In this document: positions 17,932 through 27,490 of the stretch, in pieces
Position numbering within the stretch: position 1 is the first letter of the stretch
Layout of the letters: each line of letters begins with the position of its first letter
DNA from: Nitrospinales bacterium
GTDB taxonomy: Bacteria; Nitrospinota_A; UBA7883; JACRGQ01
Assembly: GCA_023248495.1 (NCBI GenBank)
Contig: JAHFEK010000002.1
Coordinates: 26,733 to 90,732 of the forward strand
DNA length: 64,000 nucleotides
Direction: 5' to 3'
Program-made: the position numbers and the translations under genes
Notes under the pieces: generated by a model
What the model was told of the DNA's origin: nothing
The model's database searches: none
What the model saw: the letters and a program-made list of their open reading frames with translations, nothing else

Positions 17932-19115
17932 GCGGACGGCATCCCCACCACCAACACGGCATTGTTGCCGCCGAATGCCAGCGAATTGGATATCGCCGTT
18001 GTTCCAGCGACGGGTGTGTTTTCGACCGTTGGCGTGATCACGCCCTCCCCTTCCTCAAATCCCAAGGTTGCAGGCACTCTCCGATCCATAAGGCCTTTCA
18101 CGGTGAATACCGCCTCGATAGCCCCCGCCGCGCCCAGCGTGTGGCCGGTATACGATTTGGTCGATACCACCGGTATGCGGGCTGGAAAAAGATCGGCGAT
18201 CACCTTTCCTTCCACTTTGTCATTGTCCACCGTCGATGTGCCATGGGCATTGATGAAGGCGACTTCGCCGAACGCCACACCGGCTTCCGCCAAAGCCATC
18301 TTCATGGCCCGCCGCAGACCCAGTCCTTCGGGGTGCGGGGCGGTTGGATGATACGCATCGGCGCTGCTGCCATACCCGTTGATGAAGGCAAGCGCCCGCG
18401 CGCCCCGGTTGCGGGCCGATTCATGATCTTCGATGATAAGGATGCCCGCCCCTTCGCCCAGGTTAAGCCCTTTTCTGTTGCGGTCAAAAGGACGGCACGG
18501 CTCTTGAGACGTTATCATAAGGCACGTAAATCCTATGTAGGTGGTGCGGCAGAGTTCATCGCTCCCGCCCGCGATAACGATATCGCACAGGCCGGTCTCT
18601 ATCCAATGTTTTGCGATACCCACGGCATCCGTGCCGGATGAGCACGCGTTGGCGACCGTCATCGCGGGGCCGCCGCATCCGAATAAACCGGCCAGATGCA
18701 AGGCCGGATTGTTTGCATGAAATCTTGTGACCGGCGAGACGTCCGGCTTTTGACTCAACCGGTACTCCCGGCAAAACTGTTCGTTGTTCAACGTACAGCC
18801 GACAGTAGTGCCCACGATCACGCCAACCCGCGCGGCTTTAAGGGCGGCCGCGTCCAGCCCGGCCTGCGCGAGAGCCTCCCGCGCGGCTTGGATGGCCAGC
18901 AGCGTGGTTCGCGTCGCGTTGCGCCCTTCGCCTTCCCCGGTGAAATCGGAAAATATTTCAAATACCGGGCTTATTTTTTCAATATCCGTCCGCACGAGCA
19001 CGGGCGGCGCGGGATTGCGCTCGCCGGCATAAAGCGACCGCATCGTTTCTTCCACGGTGGATCCGGCGGCGCATATGCACCCGAGCCCTGTAACCGCCGC
19101 GCGCCTTTTTTTCAT
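17928..19115 (-). CDS. beta-ketoacyl-ACP synthase (KAS I/II type)
   Basis: ANACSSG (Cys), INAHGTSTVDND and YTGHTLGAAG catalytic motifs. Confidence 0.9.
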   Translation of the reverse strand: MKKRRAAVTGLGCICAAGSTVEETMRSLYAGERNPAPPVLVRTDIEKISPVFEIFSDFTGEGEGRNATRTTLLAIQAAREALAQAGLDAAALKAARVGVIVGTTVGCTLNNEQFCREYRLSQKPDVSPVTRFHANNPALHLAGLFGCGGPAMTVANACSSGTDAVGIAKHWIETGLCDIVIAGGSDELCRTTYIGFTCLMITSQEPCRPFDRNRKGLNLGEGAGILIIEDHESARNRGARALAFINGYGSSADAYHPTAPHPEGLGLRRAMKMALAEAGVAFGEVAFINAHGTSTVDNDKVEGKVIADLFPARIPVVSTKSYTGHTLGAAGAIEAVFTVKGLMDRRVPATLGFEEGEGVITPTVENTPVAGTTAISNSLAFGGNNAVLVVGMPSA

Positions 19116-19369
19116 TTCCGGTCTTGTTGCGCCCTGATGTAGTTGGCTAACGAGCGAACCGAAGCAAAAACCTCTTTTGACTGCTCCAGGTCTTTCGTCT
19201 CTATCTTATAGTGCCTTTGAAGAAGCACCACGAGCTCCACGGCGTCCAATGAATCAAGGCCGAGGCCTTCACCAAAAAGAGGTTGATCGTCATTGATGTC
19301 TTCCGCTTTAATATCCACCAGCTTGAGTTCGGCAATGATCAATGATTTGAGTTCATTCTCTAAAGACAA
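19112..19369 (-). CDS. acyl carrier protein
   Basis: 85 aa with GLGLDSLDAVELV (phosphopantetheine Ser). Confidence 0.9.
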   Translation of the reverse strand: MSLENELKSLIIAELKLVDIKAEDINDDQPLFGEGLGLDSLDAVELVVLLQRHYKIETKDLEQSKEVFASVRSLANYIRAQQDRK

Positions 19370-19370
19370 T

Positions 19371-20324
19371 TCACACCCCTTCCTTATCGCGCATTGTTAC
19401 TTTGTACTTGCTGTCGGTTTTCCAAAAATCAAAGAAGTTAAACCACATATACGGGTATTTTTCAACGTATTCCTCAAGGCAGGCGACGTACCGCCCCATG
19501 AGCGCCTTCACCGCCGCTTCACGGGGCATTTGCGTCCAATCCTCTTCCCCGCTAATACATCTGGCCTCGACGCTGAAAGACAACGCGCCGGTTCTAACTG
19601 TCAATAAAACCACCAGATTTGCGCCCGTGGCGGCGACAAGGTAATACGGCATCATTGGAAAAGGGGCCTTTTCCCCTAAAAACTCCATTTCAATTGTTTT
19701 TGCCCCAAAAGCCCTGTCACCCATAATGGCAACCACTTCGCCCGCGTTAAGCGCATTGGTAGCCTCCACCATTCCCCCCAGGAAACCGCCGGGCGGAATG
19801 AAATGAAACCGGTCGCGCTGACCCGCCAAGTCGAAGAAATGCCGCCCCTCGATCCCCGCAAGGTTAAACAATAGATGCACCCTTTTTTCTATACGGTTCA
19901 TATTCGCCATGGCCGCCTGCCAATTCCCCGCGTGCGTGGTGAGCAAAACAATGCCGCGCTTTTCTTTTGAAAGACGCTGCAACACTTCGCCCCCGCGCAC
20001 ATCAATCGTGAAACGCTCCTTTTTCAAGATGCCCATGGCAGCTTGGTCTATAAGCACTTTGCCAAACTGGTATATATAATACGCGGTGGTCATGAAAAGG
20101 CGTACTCCGCCCAAGCCGGGAAATCGATGCCGAAGGTAGAAGGAGGCCGAAAGCCTCGCGCCCGTCCTCAACAATAGATAGTATGGCACAATGAACGCCA
20201 GTAGCAAATACGCGGGTATGGGCCCCAAGGCGCGAATCAACAAATGAAATATCGCGAACCCGGCCCTGTTGCCGTAATTGGGAGGGTTGGGGGCGTTGGC
20301 CATGGAGTCGGAACTAACCGACAT
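19371..20324 (-). CDS. LpxL/HtrB-family (lysophospholipid/lipid A-type) acyltransferase
   Basis: General family resemblance and the position typical of APE clusters. The ORF track starts at a TTG at 20399 (86-nt overlap with GT2). ATG at 20324 gives an 11-nt overlap and is preferred. The start is uncertain. Confidence 0.6.
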   Translation of the reverse strand: MSVSSDSMANAPNPPNYGNRAGFAIFHLLIRALGPIPAYLLLAFIVPYYLLLRTGARLSASFYLRHRFPGLGGVRLFMTTAYYIYQFGKVLIDQAAMGILKKERFTIDVRGGEVLQRLSKEKRGIVLLTTHAGNWQAAMANMNRIEKRVHLLFNLAGIEGRHFFDLAGQRDRFHFIPPGGFLGGMVEATNALNAGEVVAIMGDRAFGAKTIEMEFLGEKAPFPMMPYYLVAATGANLVVLLTVRTGALSFSVEARCISGEEDWTQMPREAAVKALMGRYVACLEEYVEKYPYMWFNFFDFWKTDSKYKVTMRDKEGV

Positions 20325-21072
20325 GACGCTCTTCGCCCCGTGGGACGATAAGGCCCTTGTTCTCCCGGCAAAAAAGCGCTTTATGCGGCCAAGGAACAAG
20401 AGTCCTTATAACGAGCCGTGTGTAGGCCCTCGAAATGCGGAGATTATCCATAAACGGATCGAAATGGGAGCCCTTTCTCGTCTCGTCTGAATAATGCACC
20501 GAAATGGGAATGGACGTTAAACCAACTCCCGCCCAGGCGCTCCGGACAAGTATCTCCACTTCAAAATCATATTTCCTGCCGAAACAAACGACTTTCCTCA
20601 AAGCGGCCACCGGATATCCCCTAAATCCGCTTTGACTGTCGCGCACGCTCCACCCGCAGGTTATCCATAACCACATGTTGGACCATTTCCGGCCAAAGCG
20701 GCTTGATAAAGGTACCGTTTCCTTGAATTGCCGGTCGCCGATAACGATGGAAAGGGGGTCCTTCATTATCATTTCAACAAAACCGGGGATGTCGGCCGGA
20801 TCGTGTTGGCCATCGGCATCGATGGTTATAAGATGAGTGAATCCGTTTGCTTCCGCCCAGCCGGCGCCGGCAAGGATCGCGGCGCCCTTGCCTTTGTTGG
20901 CCGGGAAGTCCACGCGCGCGACCGCCAGCCCTTCCAATGTTTCAGGGCCTCCATCCGTGGCTCCATCATTGACGACAAGAACCGGGAGGCCGGATACAAT
21001 GGCTTTTTCAGCCACTGCCCGCAACGTCCCCCGGTTATTGAATGTGGGAATGACAACGGCGATCTTAATCAT
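20314..21072 (-). CDS. family-2 glycosyltransferase
   Basis: MIKIAVVIPTFNNRGTL...VLVVNDGATDG...IDADGQH (GT-A DxD region). The start was moved to the ATG at 21072, which abuts the upstream stop. Confidence 0.8.
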   Translation of the reverse strand: MIKIAVVIPTFNNRGTLRAVAEKAIVSGLPVLVVNDGATDGGPETLEGLAVARVDFPANKGKGAAILAGAGWAEANGFTHLITIDADGQHDPADIPGFVEMIMKDPLSIVIGDRQFKETVPLSSRFGRKWSNMWLWITCGWSVRDSQSGFRGYPVAALRKVVCFGRKYDFEVEILVRSAWAGVGLTSIPISVHYSDETRKGSHFDPFMDNLRISRAYTRLVIRTLVPWPHKALFCRENKGLIVPRGEERHVG

Positions 21073-22436
21073 CACGCGCGCTTTCTGGAGTAAGAACTCC
21101 TTTGACCAAGGAGCAGATCCCATACCGGGCCACGATACCCCATTTTATGAAATGATTTGGCCCTCTCCGATTCACGATCCATTGGATATATCCTGTCGAT
21201 GCGGCGGCCGAAAGACTGGGCAATCGCCTGATCCAGATATTCGGCGGTAACATTCGCCGAGAAATAGAAGAAAGGCTCCAACAGATCGTCCGTGGGGGAA
21301 ACTACCCCTTCCTTGACGGCGCGCAAATATATCGGCGTGCCGGGAATGACACGTACCCCGGTCGCGGCGAAAACGACGCAATTTTCAAGGCGGGCGATAT
21401 TTGCCAGTCCTTCTTGCACCGTCTCCGGCGTTTCACCAGGTCCGCCAAACACGATAAAATGAGCGCAGTATATCCCCGCCGAACTGAAAAGCTTGTTGCT
21501 CTCCTCGACGTCCGCCCATGAAAAACTTTTATCCATCCCCTTGAGGGTGGGATTCGACGCGCAATCCGTCCCCCATTCCACGGCTTTCAGCCCGGAACGT
21601 TTCAGCAGCTGAACATCCCCTTCGTTGAATTTTCCCGGCTTAAAATAGGCCATCCACGGCACGGCGATCCCGCGCCTGACAAGTTCTTCGGTTATCTCAA
21701 GATATTTTCCGCCCGGATCGTTATAAACGGAATCCGCGATAAAATAATAATCAACGTTGTATTTTTCAATCAACATTTGAATTTCGTCCGCCACATCGGT
21801 GGCCGGCCGGTAGCGGTAGCTTTTCCCCTCCAAATTCGGGTAGGTGCAATAGGCGCATTTAAACGGGCAGCCGCGCTTGGTCTGTACGTTTATCATGCCG
21901 CCGCTTTTCAGATAAAAAGCCATGTAGCCCGCATTGCGCTCCGTAATGGCCACCTCATTCCCCCGCAGCGGCACATTGATGCTCAACACTTTTTCCCGCG
22001 GAACGCGGCCGGCAACCAGGTCTTCAATCAGATCGGGGAACACAACCTCTCCCTCGCCGGCGATTCCGTAATCGGCGCCGGTCCGTTCCAGTAAAATATC
22101 GGGAAAAAGGGAATAACCCGGCCCGCCCAAAACTATGGGGCTGGGGGATGATGCGCGTATGGCTTTTACAATGGTCGTGCAAAACTGGGTATATGAGATC
22201 GTGTTGCCGGAATTGCAGTTGTCGATATTGCGCATGGAAATGCCGATGACATCCGGCGCAAAAGCCTTAACCGCGTCCATCAAGCGCTCAATGGATTCCC
22301 CTTCCGCGAGGAAGTCGAACTCCAGCGTTTCGTGGCCGCGCCGCCTTACATCGTGAGCCACCATGGCCATTCCCAACGGATACACGGGATATGGTTCCAC
22401 CGTGATGTTGGATGAAACCATAAGGACTTTAGCCAT
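21072..22436 (-). CDS. B12-binding-domain radical SAM enzyme (class B)
   Basis: N-terminal B12-like domain (KVLMVSSN...VIGISMRN...VLGGPG) and TKRGCPFKCAYCTY. Confidence 0.85.
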   Translation of the reverse strand: MAKVLMVSSNITVEPYPVYPLGMAMVAHDVRRRGHETLEFDFLAEGESIERLMDAVKAFAPDVIGISMRNIDNCNSGNTISYTQFCTTIVKAIRASSPSPIVLGGPGYSLFPDILLERTGADYGIAGEGEVVFPDLIEDLVAGRVPREKVLSINVPLRGNEVAITERNAGYMAFYLKSGGMINVQTKRGCPFKCAYCTYPNLEGKSYRYRPATDVADEIQMLIEKYNVDYYFIADSVYNDPGGKYLEITEELVRRGIAVPWMAYFKPGKFNEGDVQLLKRSGLKAVEWGTDCASNPTLKGMDKSFSWADVEESNKLFSSAGIYCAHFIVFGGPGETPETVQEGLANIARLENCVVFAATGVRVIPGTPIYLRAVKEGVVSPTDDLLEPFFYFSANVTAEYLDQAIAQSFGRRIDRIYPMDRESERAKSFHKMGYRGPVWDLLLGQRSSYSRKRA

Positions 22437-22438
22437 TG

Positions 22439-23722
22439 TTAACGGACAACTCCCGAACCGGCCTGATCCGGCCGCAAGCGGCGGACATAACCCTCGGCGG
22501 CAAGCGGTGATTGATACGTGCCGTCGGCTATCTCGCGGCGGATGACCTTCATGAACAGATCGCCCATTTTAAGTTCCTGATTTCTTTCTTTGTAGAAAGT
22601 ATCCCAGGCGTAATAATACATATCCTGCAACTCCGCCGGGGTCATCTTTTTAGGTTGAAAGGCCACCTTGTCGCATGTGTAGTTGGCCCAGTTGTTGTTT
22701 AGTATCCGGCCTTGCTTTTCCAGTTGCGCCCGCAATGGGGTATGCAGGTAGGGCGTCAGAATGGTGAACTCGGCGAGATCCAGTTTCACCTCCAGCAGAA
22801 AATCGACCAGCCGCTTGATATAATCCGCGTCCTGATCGTCGGTTCCCAGAAGAATCGTCCCTTCCACCCCGATCCCATTATCATGCAACCGCTTTATTCT
22901 GTTGCGAATATGGTCGGACGTATCGAACACCGCCTGATAGACGTACCAAGCCCCAGACTTATAGGCCAAATCGAGCAGCTTGTCGTTATCCTCGATGGGA
23001 TGACTGACCCACTTCTTTTTCAGGGGGATCATCGCCGTAAAAAGCTCCTCTTCCCATTTCGCATTTTGCGCAAGGGAATTATCAACGATGAACAACCGGT
23101 TGTTGTCTATGGATTCAATCTCTTCCACCACCTTGGCGATGGGGCGCGGCCGGAAGACCCTTCCGCCGAGAAAAGGAGCCGCGCAGGGGAAACATTTAAA
23201 TTTGCAGCCACGCGAGGCGTGAACCAAATCAAGCATTTTTACCCCGCGATGAACATACCGTTCGCGGTTCAATATGCCGCGGCGGGCGGTGCCCACCAGC
23301 TCGATGGGAGGGCTGTCCCCGCTAAAATCATACTCGGGCCGCAACTGCCCTTTCTTCAAATCCTCAAGAACTTTTTCCATCCGCCCTTCGGCTTCCCCGA
23401 TAAAAACGCTGTCAACATGCCGGCCCATTTCCTCGCTGTGCAGAGCGGTGGAGATTCCCCCGGCGATCACTTTGACGCCACGGCTCCTGAAATGGTCGGC
23501 AAGCGCAAAGGCGCGGGGAAGTTGCGCCGTAAGCATAACGGAAAGAGCCACCACGTCAGGTGTATCGTCGAGATTCACTTCATCCACGTTCTCGTCGGTG
23601 AATTGAACATCGACCCAAGATGGCAAAGTGGCCGCGAATACGACCGGCCCGTGGGGCGGCAAATTGAAATGCGTCTGCCTTTCGAGCTTACGCCACTTGG
23701 GATAAATTAGTTTCATTTTCAT
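22439..23722 (-). CDS. B12-binding-domain radical SAM enzyme (class B)
   Basis: N-terminal B12-like domain (VVALSVML...VIAGGIS) and ASRGCKFKCFPCAAP (CxxxCxxC). Confidence 0.8.
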   Translation of the reverse strand: MKMKLIYPKWRKLERQTHFNLPPHGPVVFAATLPSWVDVQFTDENVDEVNLDDTPDVVALSVMLTAQLPRAFALADHFRSRGVKVIAGGISTALHSEEMGRHVDSVFIGEAEGRMEKVLEDLKKGQLRPEYDFSGDSPPIELVGTARRGILNRERYVHRGVKMLDLVHASRGCKFKCFPCAAPFLGGRVFRPRPIAKVVEEIESIDNNRLFIVDNSLAQNAKWEEELFTAMIPLKKKWVSHPIEDNDKLLDLAYKSGAWYVYQAVFDTSDHIRNRIKRLHDNGIGVEGTILLGTDDQDADYIKRLVDFLLEVKLDLAEFTILTPYLHTPLRAQLEKQGRILNNNWANYTCDKVAFQPKKMTPAELQDMYYYAWDTFYKERNQELKMGDLFMKVIRREIADGTYQSPLAAEGYVRRLRPDQAGSGVVR

Positions 23723-23725
23723 GGA

Positions 23726-24421
23726 TTAAGTCTCCGCTGGCGTGAAAAGGTTCTCTAAAGAAGGTATCGCATTGTTTTCATAGCTTAATATGCCCTTCTC
23801 GTATCTTATTCTAGAGGCGTAGGGTAGCACACGGCTTGGATTAGGGTCAAGCAACACAAATATGGATCCACTGATCTTATGTCCATTCTCAGACATATCC
23901 GGCGGGGGGCTGTCTATCCAACCGGCCAGCATCTTTGACGCCTTTCCCGACGCAAGCATCGATACCGCGTTATTGAGCGCAAAACTCCCCAACCCTCCCT
24001 GGTTACCCACGCAAAAAGTCGGCCCGGTAAGCCGGAATAAAACGGCACATTCTCCTAACACGATAACCGGCAAGGTGTATGAAAAAAGGTTGGGACTGGA
24101 AAGGGTGCCGCCCTGATCAAGCGTCGTTTGATAATATGCCATATCGGTCTCCAATACATCGTATGTAGTGGATACCACCATCCCAACCGGTTCGGTAAAT
24201 CCCTCTTCATGACCGGCATCCTTTAAAGTAAGCGCCACCGCCGCGCATCCCAGCGTGGTGAAGCGGTCAAATCGTCCATACCGTGAATGGGGGCGGGTGA
24301 ACACCTCTTTGGCAGGTGGGATAATCGCGGGGCCGGGCACAATCAGGGGTTTCCGCCCCTCGCTCAACCGGCCATGCCCCCCCGCGGATACCCATGCCCC
24401 GCCGGTAATCCAAATATCCAT
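23726..24421 (-). CDS. short KS-like protein without catalytic Cys/His (CLF-like partner)
   Basis: 231 aa covering the N-terminal thiolase half only. The aligned active-site position reads GPTFCVGNQGG (no Cys at the nucleophile position). It abuts the upstream KS stop. Confidence 0.6.
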   Translation of the reverse strand: MDIWITGGAWVSAGGHGRLSEGRKPLIVPGPAIIPPAKEVFTRPHSRYGRFDRFTTLGCAAVALTLKDAGHEEGFTEPVGMVVSTTYDVLETDMAYYQTTLDQGGTLSSPNLFSYTLPVIVLGECAVLFRLTGPTFCVGNQGGLGSFALNNAVSMLASGKASKMLAGWIDSPPPDMSENGHKISGSIFVLLDPNPSRVLPYASRIRYEKGILSYENNAIPSLENLFTPAET

Positions 24422-25540
24422 CTACGCCCTTTCAAACATGAGGGCGGCGTTGCAGCCGCCGAATCCGGAGTTTGATTTCAATATATTGTTTCCGGGAAAC
24501 GGCTGTTCGGCGCCGCGCGCTCTTCCCACGGCCCTCTCTTCCGGATTAATCAGCCCCGCTGTCGGAGGCGCTATCCCCTCATTCATGGCGCGGACCGCTA
24601 TGGCGGTCTCTACCGCTCCCGCGGGTCCCAAGGTATGCCCTATGCTTCCCTTCACGGAAAACAACGGAAAGCGCCGGGAACCGAATACCGACTCAAGGGC
24701 GGTAAGCTCCATGGCATCGTTATATGGCGTGCCGGTTCCGTGGGGACAAAAGGCTTCCACCGCGTCAGGTGAAATGCCCGCCTGTCCGAGGGCCGAATTG
24801 ATGGCGCTAATCAGGCCGCTGCCATTTTTCGCCGGGCCGGTGATATGGTTTGCATCGTTGGCTATGCCCCACCCGGTCAATTTCGCCAGCGGCCCGCTGC
24901 CCAGTCTTTTAGCTATTTGCGGATCGGTCAACAGCACCGCCGCCGCGCCATCGCCTAAGCAAAGGCCATCCCGCGCCGCGTCAAAGGGGCGGCATTTGCC
25001 CGGCGAAAGTCCGCGCAGGGCGGAAAATCCGGTAAAAGTGAATCGGCTAACGGTATCGGCGCCGCACACCAGCACACTGGAACATTCCCCATCGGCGATC
25101 ATCCTCGCGCCGATCGCCATTCCCACGGTCGATGAAGTGCAGGCGGCATTGACCTCCCACCCCTCATTCGCTAGCCCCAAACGGCGCGAAACCCACTGGC
25201 GATAATGATTGGGCAAAAAGAGATCCATCCCCCCTCCGCCCCCGGCCTTGCTTTCGACGTGCTGCGCATCACCCTTAATACCGGTCCAGATAACCCGCGT
25301 ATCGTTGGGGATGGGCTTAAGTTGCTCCAACGCCATCGCCATGAGGGCGCAGACAATATTTTCCCCGCCGGGCGCCAGTCCCTCAACGCACGCGCCATCG
25401 TGAAATTCCAACCGGTCTGTTTGAAATCGCGTAATGGGACGCACGGCGGAAACGCCTGCCCGAAGCGCCGTCCAAGTGGCATCAACGGAACCTCCCAACG
25501 CCGTAACGATGGCGGCATCCATCACGAAAACCTCATTCAT
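24422..25540 (-). CDS. beta-ketoacyl-ACP synthase
   Basis: NAACTSS, CPHGTGTPYND and GSIGHTLGPAG motifs. The start was moved to MNEVFVMD (25540), just after the upstream stop at 25533. Confidence 0.85.
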   Translation of the reverse strand: MNEVFVMDAAIVTALGGSVDATWTALRAGVSAVRPITRFQTDRLEFHDGACVEGLAPGGENIVCALMAMALEQLKPIPNDTRVIWTGIKGDAQHVESKAGGGGGMDLFLPNHYRQWVSRRLGLANEGWEVNAACTSSTVGMAIGARMIADGECSSVLVCGADTVSRFTFTGFSALRGLSPGKCRPFDAARDGLCLGDGAAAVLLTDPQIAKRLGSGPLAKLTGWGIANDANHITGPAKNGSGLISAINSALGQAGISPDAVEAFCPHGTGTPYNDAMELTALESVFGSRRFPLFSVKGSIGHTLGPAGAVETAIAVRAMNEGIAPPTAGLINPEERAVGRARGAEQPFPGNNILKSNSGFGGCNAALMFERA

Positions 25541-26009
25541 GAAAACGGTTTTCCTTCCATCGCGCGCAGAAATCCTCCACAAAAGGGGGCCGGGCCAGCA
25601 ACAGATCATGTTCATGATTCACCAGAAGCTGCACGGTGTAACCGGTTGCGGCAATGCGCCCCCCCGCCGCGGTAATTTTATACTGAAAATTCATCCGGAC
25701 CGCTTCCGTCCAATGCAATGAAGCGGTAATGGTAAACTCCTCGCCGAATATGAGGGGGCTGTGATAATCGATGTGCATCTGGACCACAGGGGCCAGAAAT
25801 TTTTCCCTGTGCATTTCCAAATATCCCATGCCGAACTTCTCGCCGAAGGCCATCCGCCCGTCTTCCATATAGCTGGGATACCGTCCGTGCCACACGATTG
25901 CCAACGCATCCACCTCTTCAAAACGGACTTTCCGTTTTATTTCCGCCACCAAGGGGGACGGGTCGCCGGGGTTATGGGGAAAATAATCCGGATTGGCGCG
26001 TCTACTCAT
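25533..26009 (-). CDS. hotdog-fold acyl-CoA/ACP thioesterase (4HBT/YbgC-like)
   Basis: ...VRFEEVDALAIVWHGRYPSYMEDGRMAF... The start was moved to MSRRANPD (26009), giving an 8-nt overlap with the upstream gene. Confidence 0.7.
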   Translation of the reverse strand: MSRRANPDYFPHNPGDPSPLVAEIKRKVRFEEVDALAIVWHGRYPSYMEDGRMAFGEKFGMGYLEMHREKFLAPVVQMHIDYHSPLIFGEEFTITASLHWTEAVRMNFQYKITAAGGRIAATGYTVQLLVNHEHDLLLARPPFVEDFCARWKENRFHE

Positions 26010-26895
26010 TGTCCGCTGATTCCTTAATTGCCGAAAAGTCGAAGGTGGCGGCGGTTTTTCCTTCCGAGGATAATTGGGCGCGCACCGCATACGCACCGCC
26101 GGCCTCTTTAACGCTTACCGTCACCTTGATCGCATCTCCCGGTAAGACCAGCTTGGTAAACTTCGCGAACGCCAAACCGGATAACAGCAGTGGAGCGCCA
26201 CACACGGCCTCGCTCACCGCCTTTGACATGGCAACCATAACTATCCCCGGCAGAATGGGATTGCCGGGAAAATGGCCGTCAAAACCAGGAAAATCCTTTT
26301 GAAAACAAAACTCCCCCGTGGCGGTTCCGGCTTCCACCGAGACTCCCGCAATCTTCAGGTTATCTAAAATATGGCCGAACATTACACCCCGTTCCGGATG
26401 GGCCGCCGAACCGGCGAGCTTCTTTTCAACGGAAGCCGTTGCTGCCGGGATAGCGGCGCTTTCGGCTATGTAAAACTTCAGCTTTCCCGAAGCCAAACAC
26501 TTTCCGCCAACATACACATCCCCCTCGGCCACGACCACATTATTCATCTCCAGCAGTTTGCGCATTTTCAACTGCAGGGTATCGCCAATGACGGCGCGGC
26601 CCTTTATGGAAAAATCATTAACACCCACCAGATATCCGGTTCTAACAATGCCATCCCCCGTTGTCTTCGCGTTAAAACCTTCGGAGGCAGCGGTCAGTTG
26701 GGCGAGGCATTCCACGAAACAGACGCCGTCAAGCTTGCCCTTTGAATCTAAAAACGGATTGTTGGCTGCAATAACCGATACGCCCGCCGCGTTCTCAGGT
26801 GTGGATTCGCGCAATTCGCCGATAAGAAGCATCGCCCTACGGTGAGGCACAAGCCCCACGGCGTTCGCCGGCAGATGCAATCTTTCACTTATCAT
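26002..26895 (-). CDS. double-hotdog beta-hydroxyacyl-ACP dehydratase (FabA/FabZ-like)
   Basis: The second half carries FDGHFPGNPILPGIVMV (FabZ His motif). The first half is a second hotdog repeat. Confidence 0.75.
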   Translation of the reverse strand: MISERLHLPANAVGLVPHRRAMLLIGELRESTPENAAGVSVIAANNPFLDSKGKLDGVCFVECLAQLTAASEGFNAKTTGDGIVRTGYLVGVNDFSIKGRAVIGDTLQLKMRKLLEMNNVVVAEGDVYVGGKCLASGKLKFYIAESAAIPAATASVEKKLAGSAAHPERGVMFGHILDNLKIAGVSVEAGTATGEFCFQKDFPGFDGHFPGNPILPGIVMVAMSKAVSEAVCGAPLLLSGLAFAKFTKLVLPGDAIKVTVSVKEAGGAYAVRAQLSSEGKTAATFDFSAIKESADNE

Positions 26896-26926
26896 TTTCT
26901 CACTCCTGATTTCCGTTTTTTCGAGT

Positions 26927-27487
26927 TTACCGGAGAAATGTAATCCCCACCAGCAATTTACTGGAATTCAAGGGTACATTGGGCGACGCCGCGCCGGCAT
27001 TTGATATGTGATGAAACCGGTATTCCACGATTAAATGGTAATCCTTGTCCGTTTTGAATGCCACTCCCATCCCCGTCTGATAATTCCCGTTCAGGCGCGA
27101 TCCCATGCCTGGAATATCCGCGGCGATGTAAACAGGGCCGCCGCCCAGAAAGATGTACGGTTCATACTCATCGAACGAGGAAAAAAAATACGAGGCAAGG
27201 AAGTTCACCGCTATCATCGGCGGAACATCGGCCGCAAGGAAACTGGCCGGAAGCTCCACCAGCAAATCGTGACGGCCCTTATACCAAGAAGCGCCCATAT
27301 CGTCCACAAGAACCCGCTCATATCTCAACACGATATCGCCCGTTTCAACATGTTCGCGCGTTAAACCCATCCCCACATGCGTAGCGCCATACCCGCCCAG
27401 AACCGACCAGGACGAATCGTCCGCGCGCGCGGGCCCGGCCACACACAGACAGATGAGTGCCGCACACGCCACACGATGAAATAACAT
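26927..27487 (-). CDS. outer-membrane beta-barrel acyloxyacyl hydrolase (PagL-like lipid deacylase)
   Basis: Signal peptide, alternating beta-strand pattern, C-terminal FHHISNAG (PagL-type H-x-S-N) and terminal aromatic ...GITFLR. Confidence 0.6.
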   Translation of the reverse strand: MLFHRVACAALICLCVAGPARADDSSWSVLGGYGATHVGMGLTREHVETGDIVLRYERVLVDDMGASWYKGRHDLLVELPASFLAADVPPMIAVNFLASYFFSSFDEYEPYIFLGGGPVYIAADIPGMGSRLNGNYQTGMGVAFKTDKDYHLIVEYRFHHISNAGAASPNVPLNSSKLLVGITFLR

Positions 27488-27490
27488 CCG

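Noticed and set aside
20314-20399. 86-nt overlap between the GT2 and acyltransferase ORFs, as a possible frameshift or pseudogene.
   Set aside because: It is explained by an upstream TTG chosen by the ORF caller. An internal ATG at 20324 reduces the overlap to 11 nt.
22712-23710. Long antisense ORFs in GC-rich genes. Others are at 9133-9996, 38281-39087, 39597-40388, 45003-45701, 45871-46641, 49622-50227, 54433-55047 and 33271-33822.
   Set aside because: Each is fully nested opposite a gene with clear catalytic motifs. None has a recognisable domain or SD.
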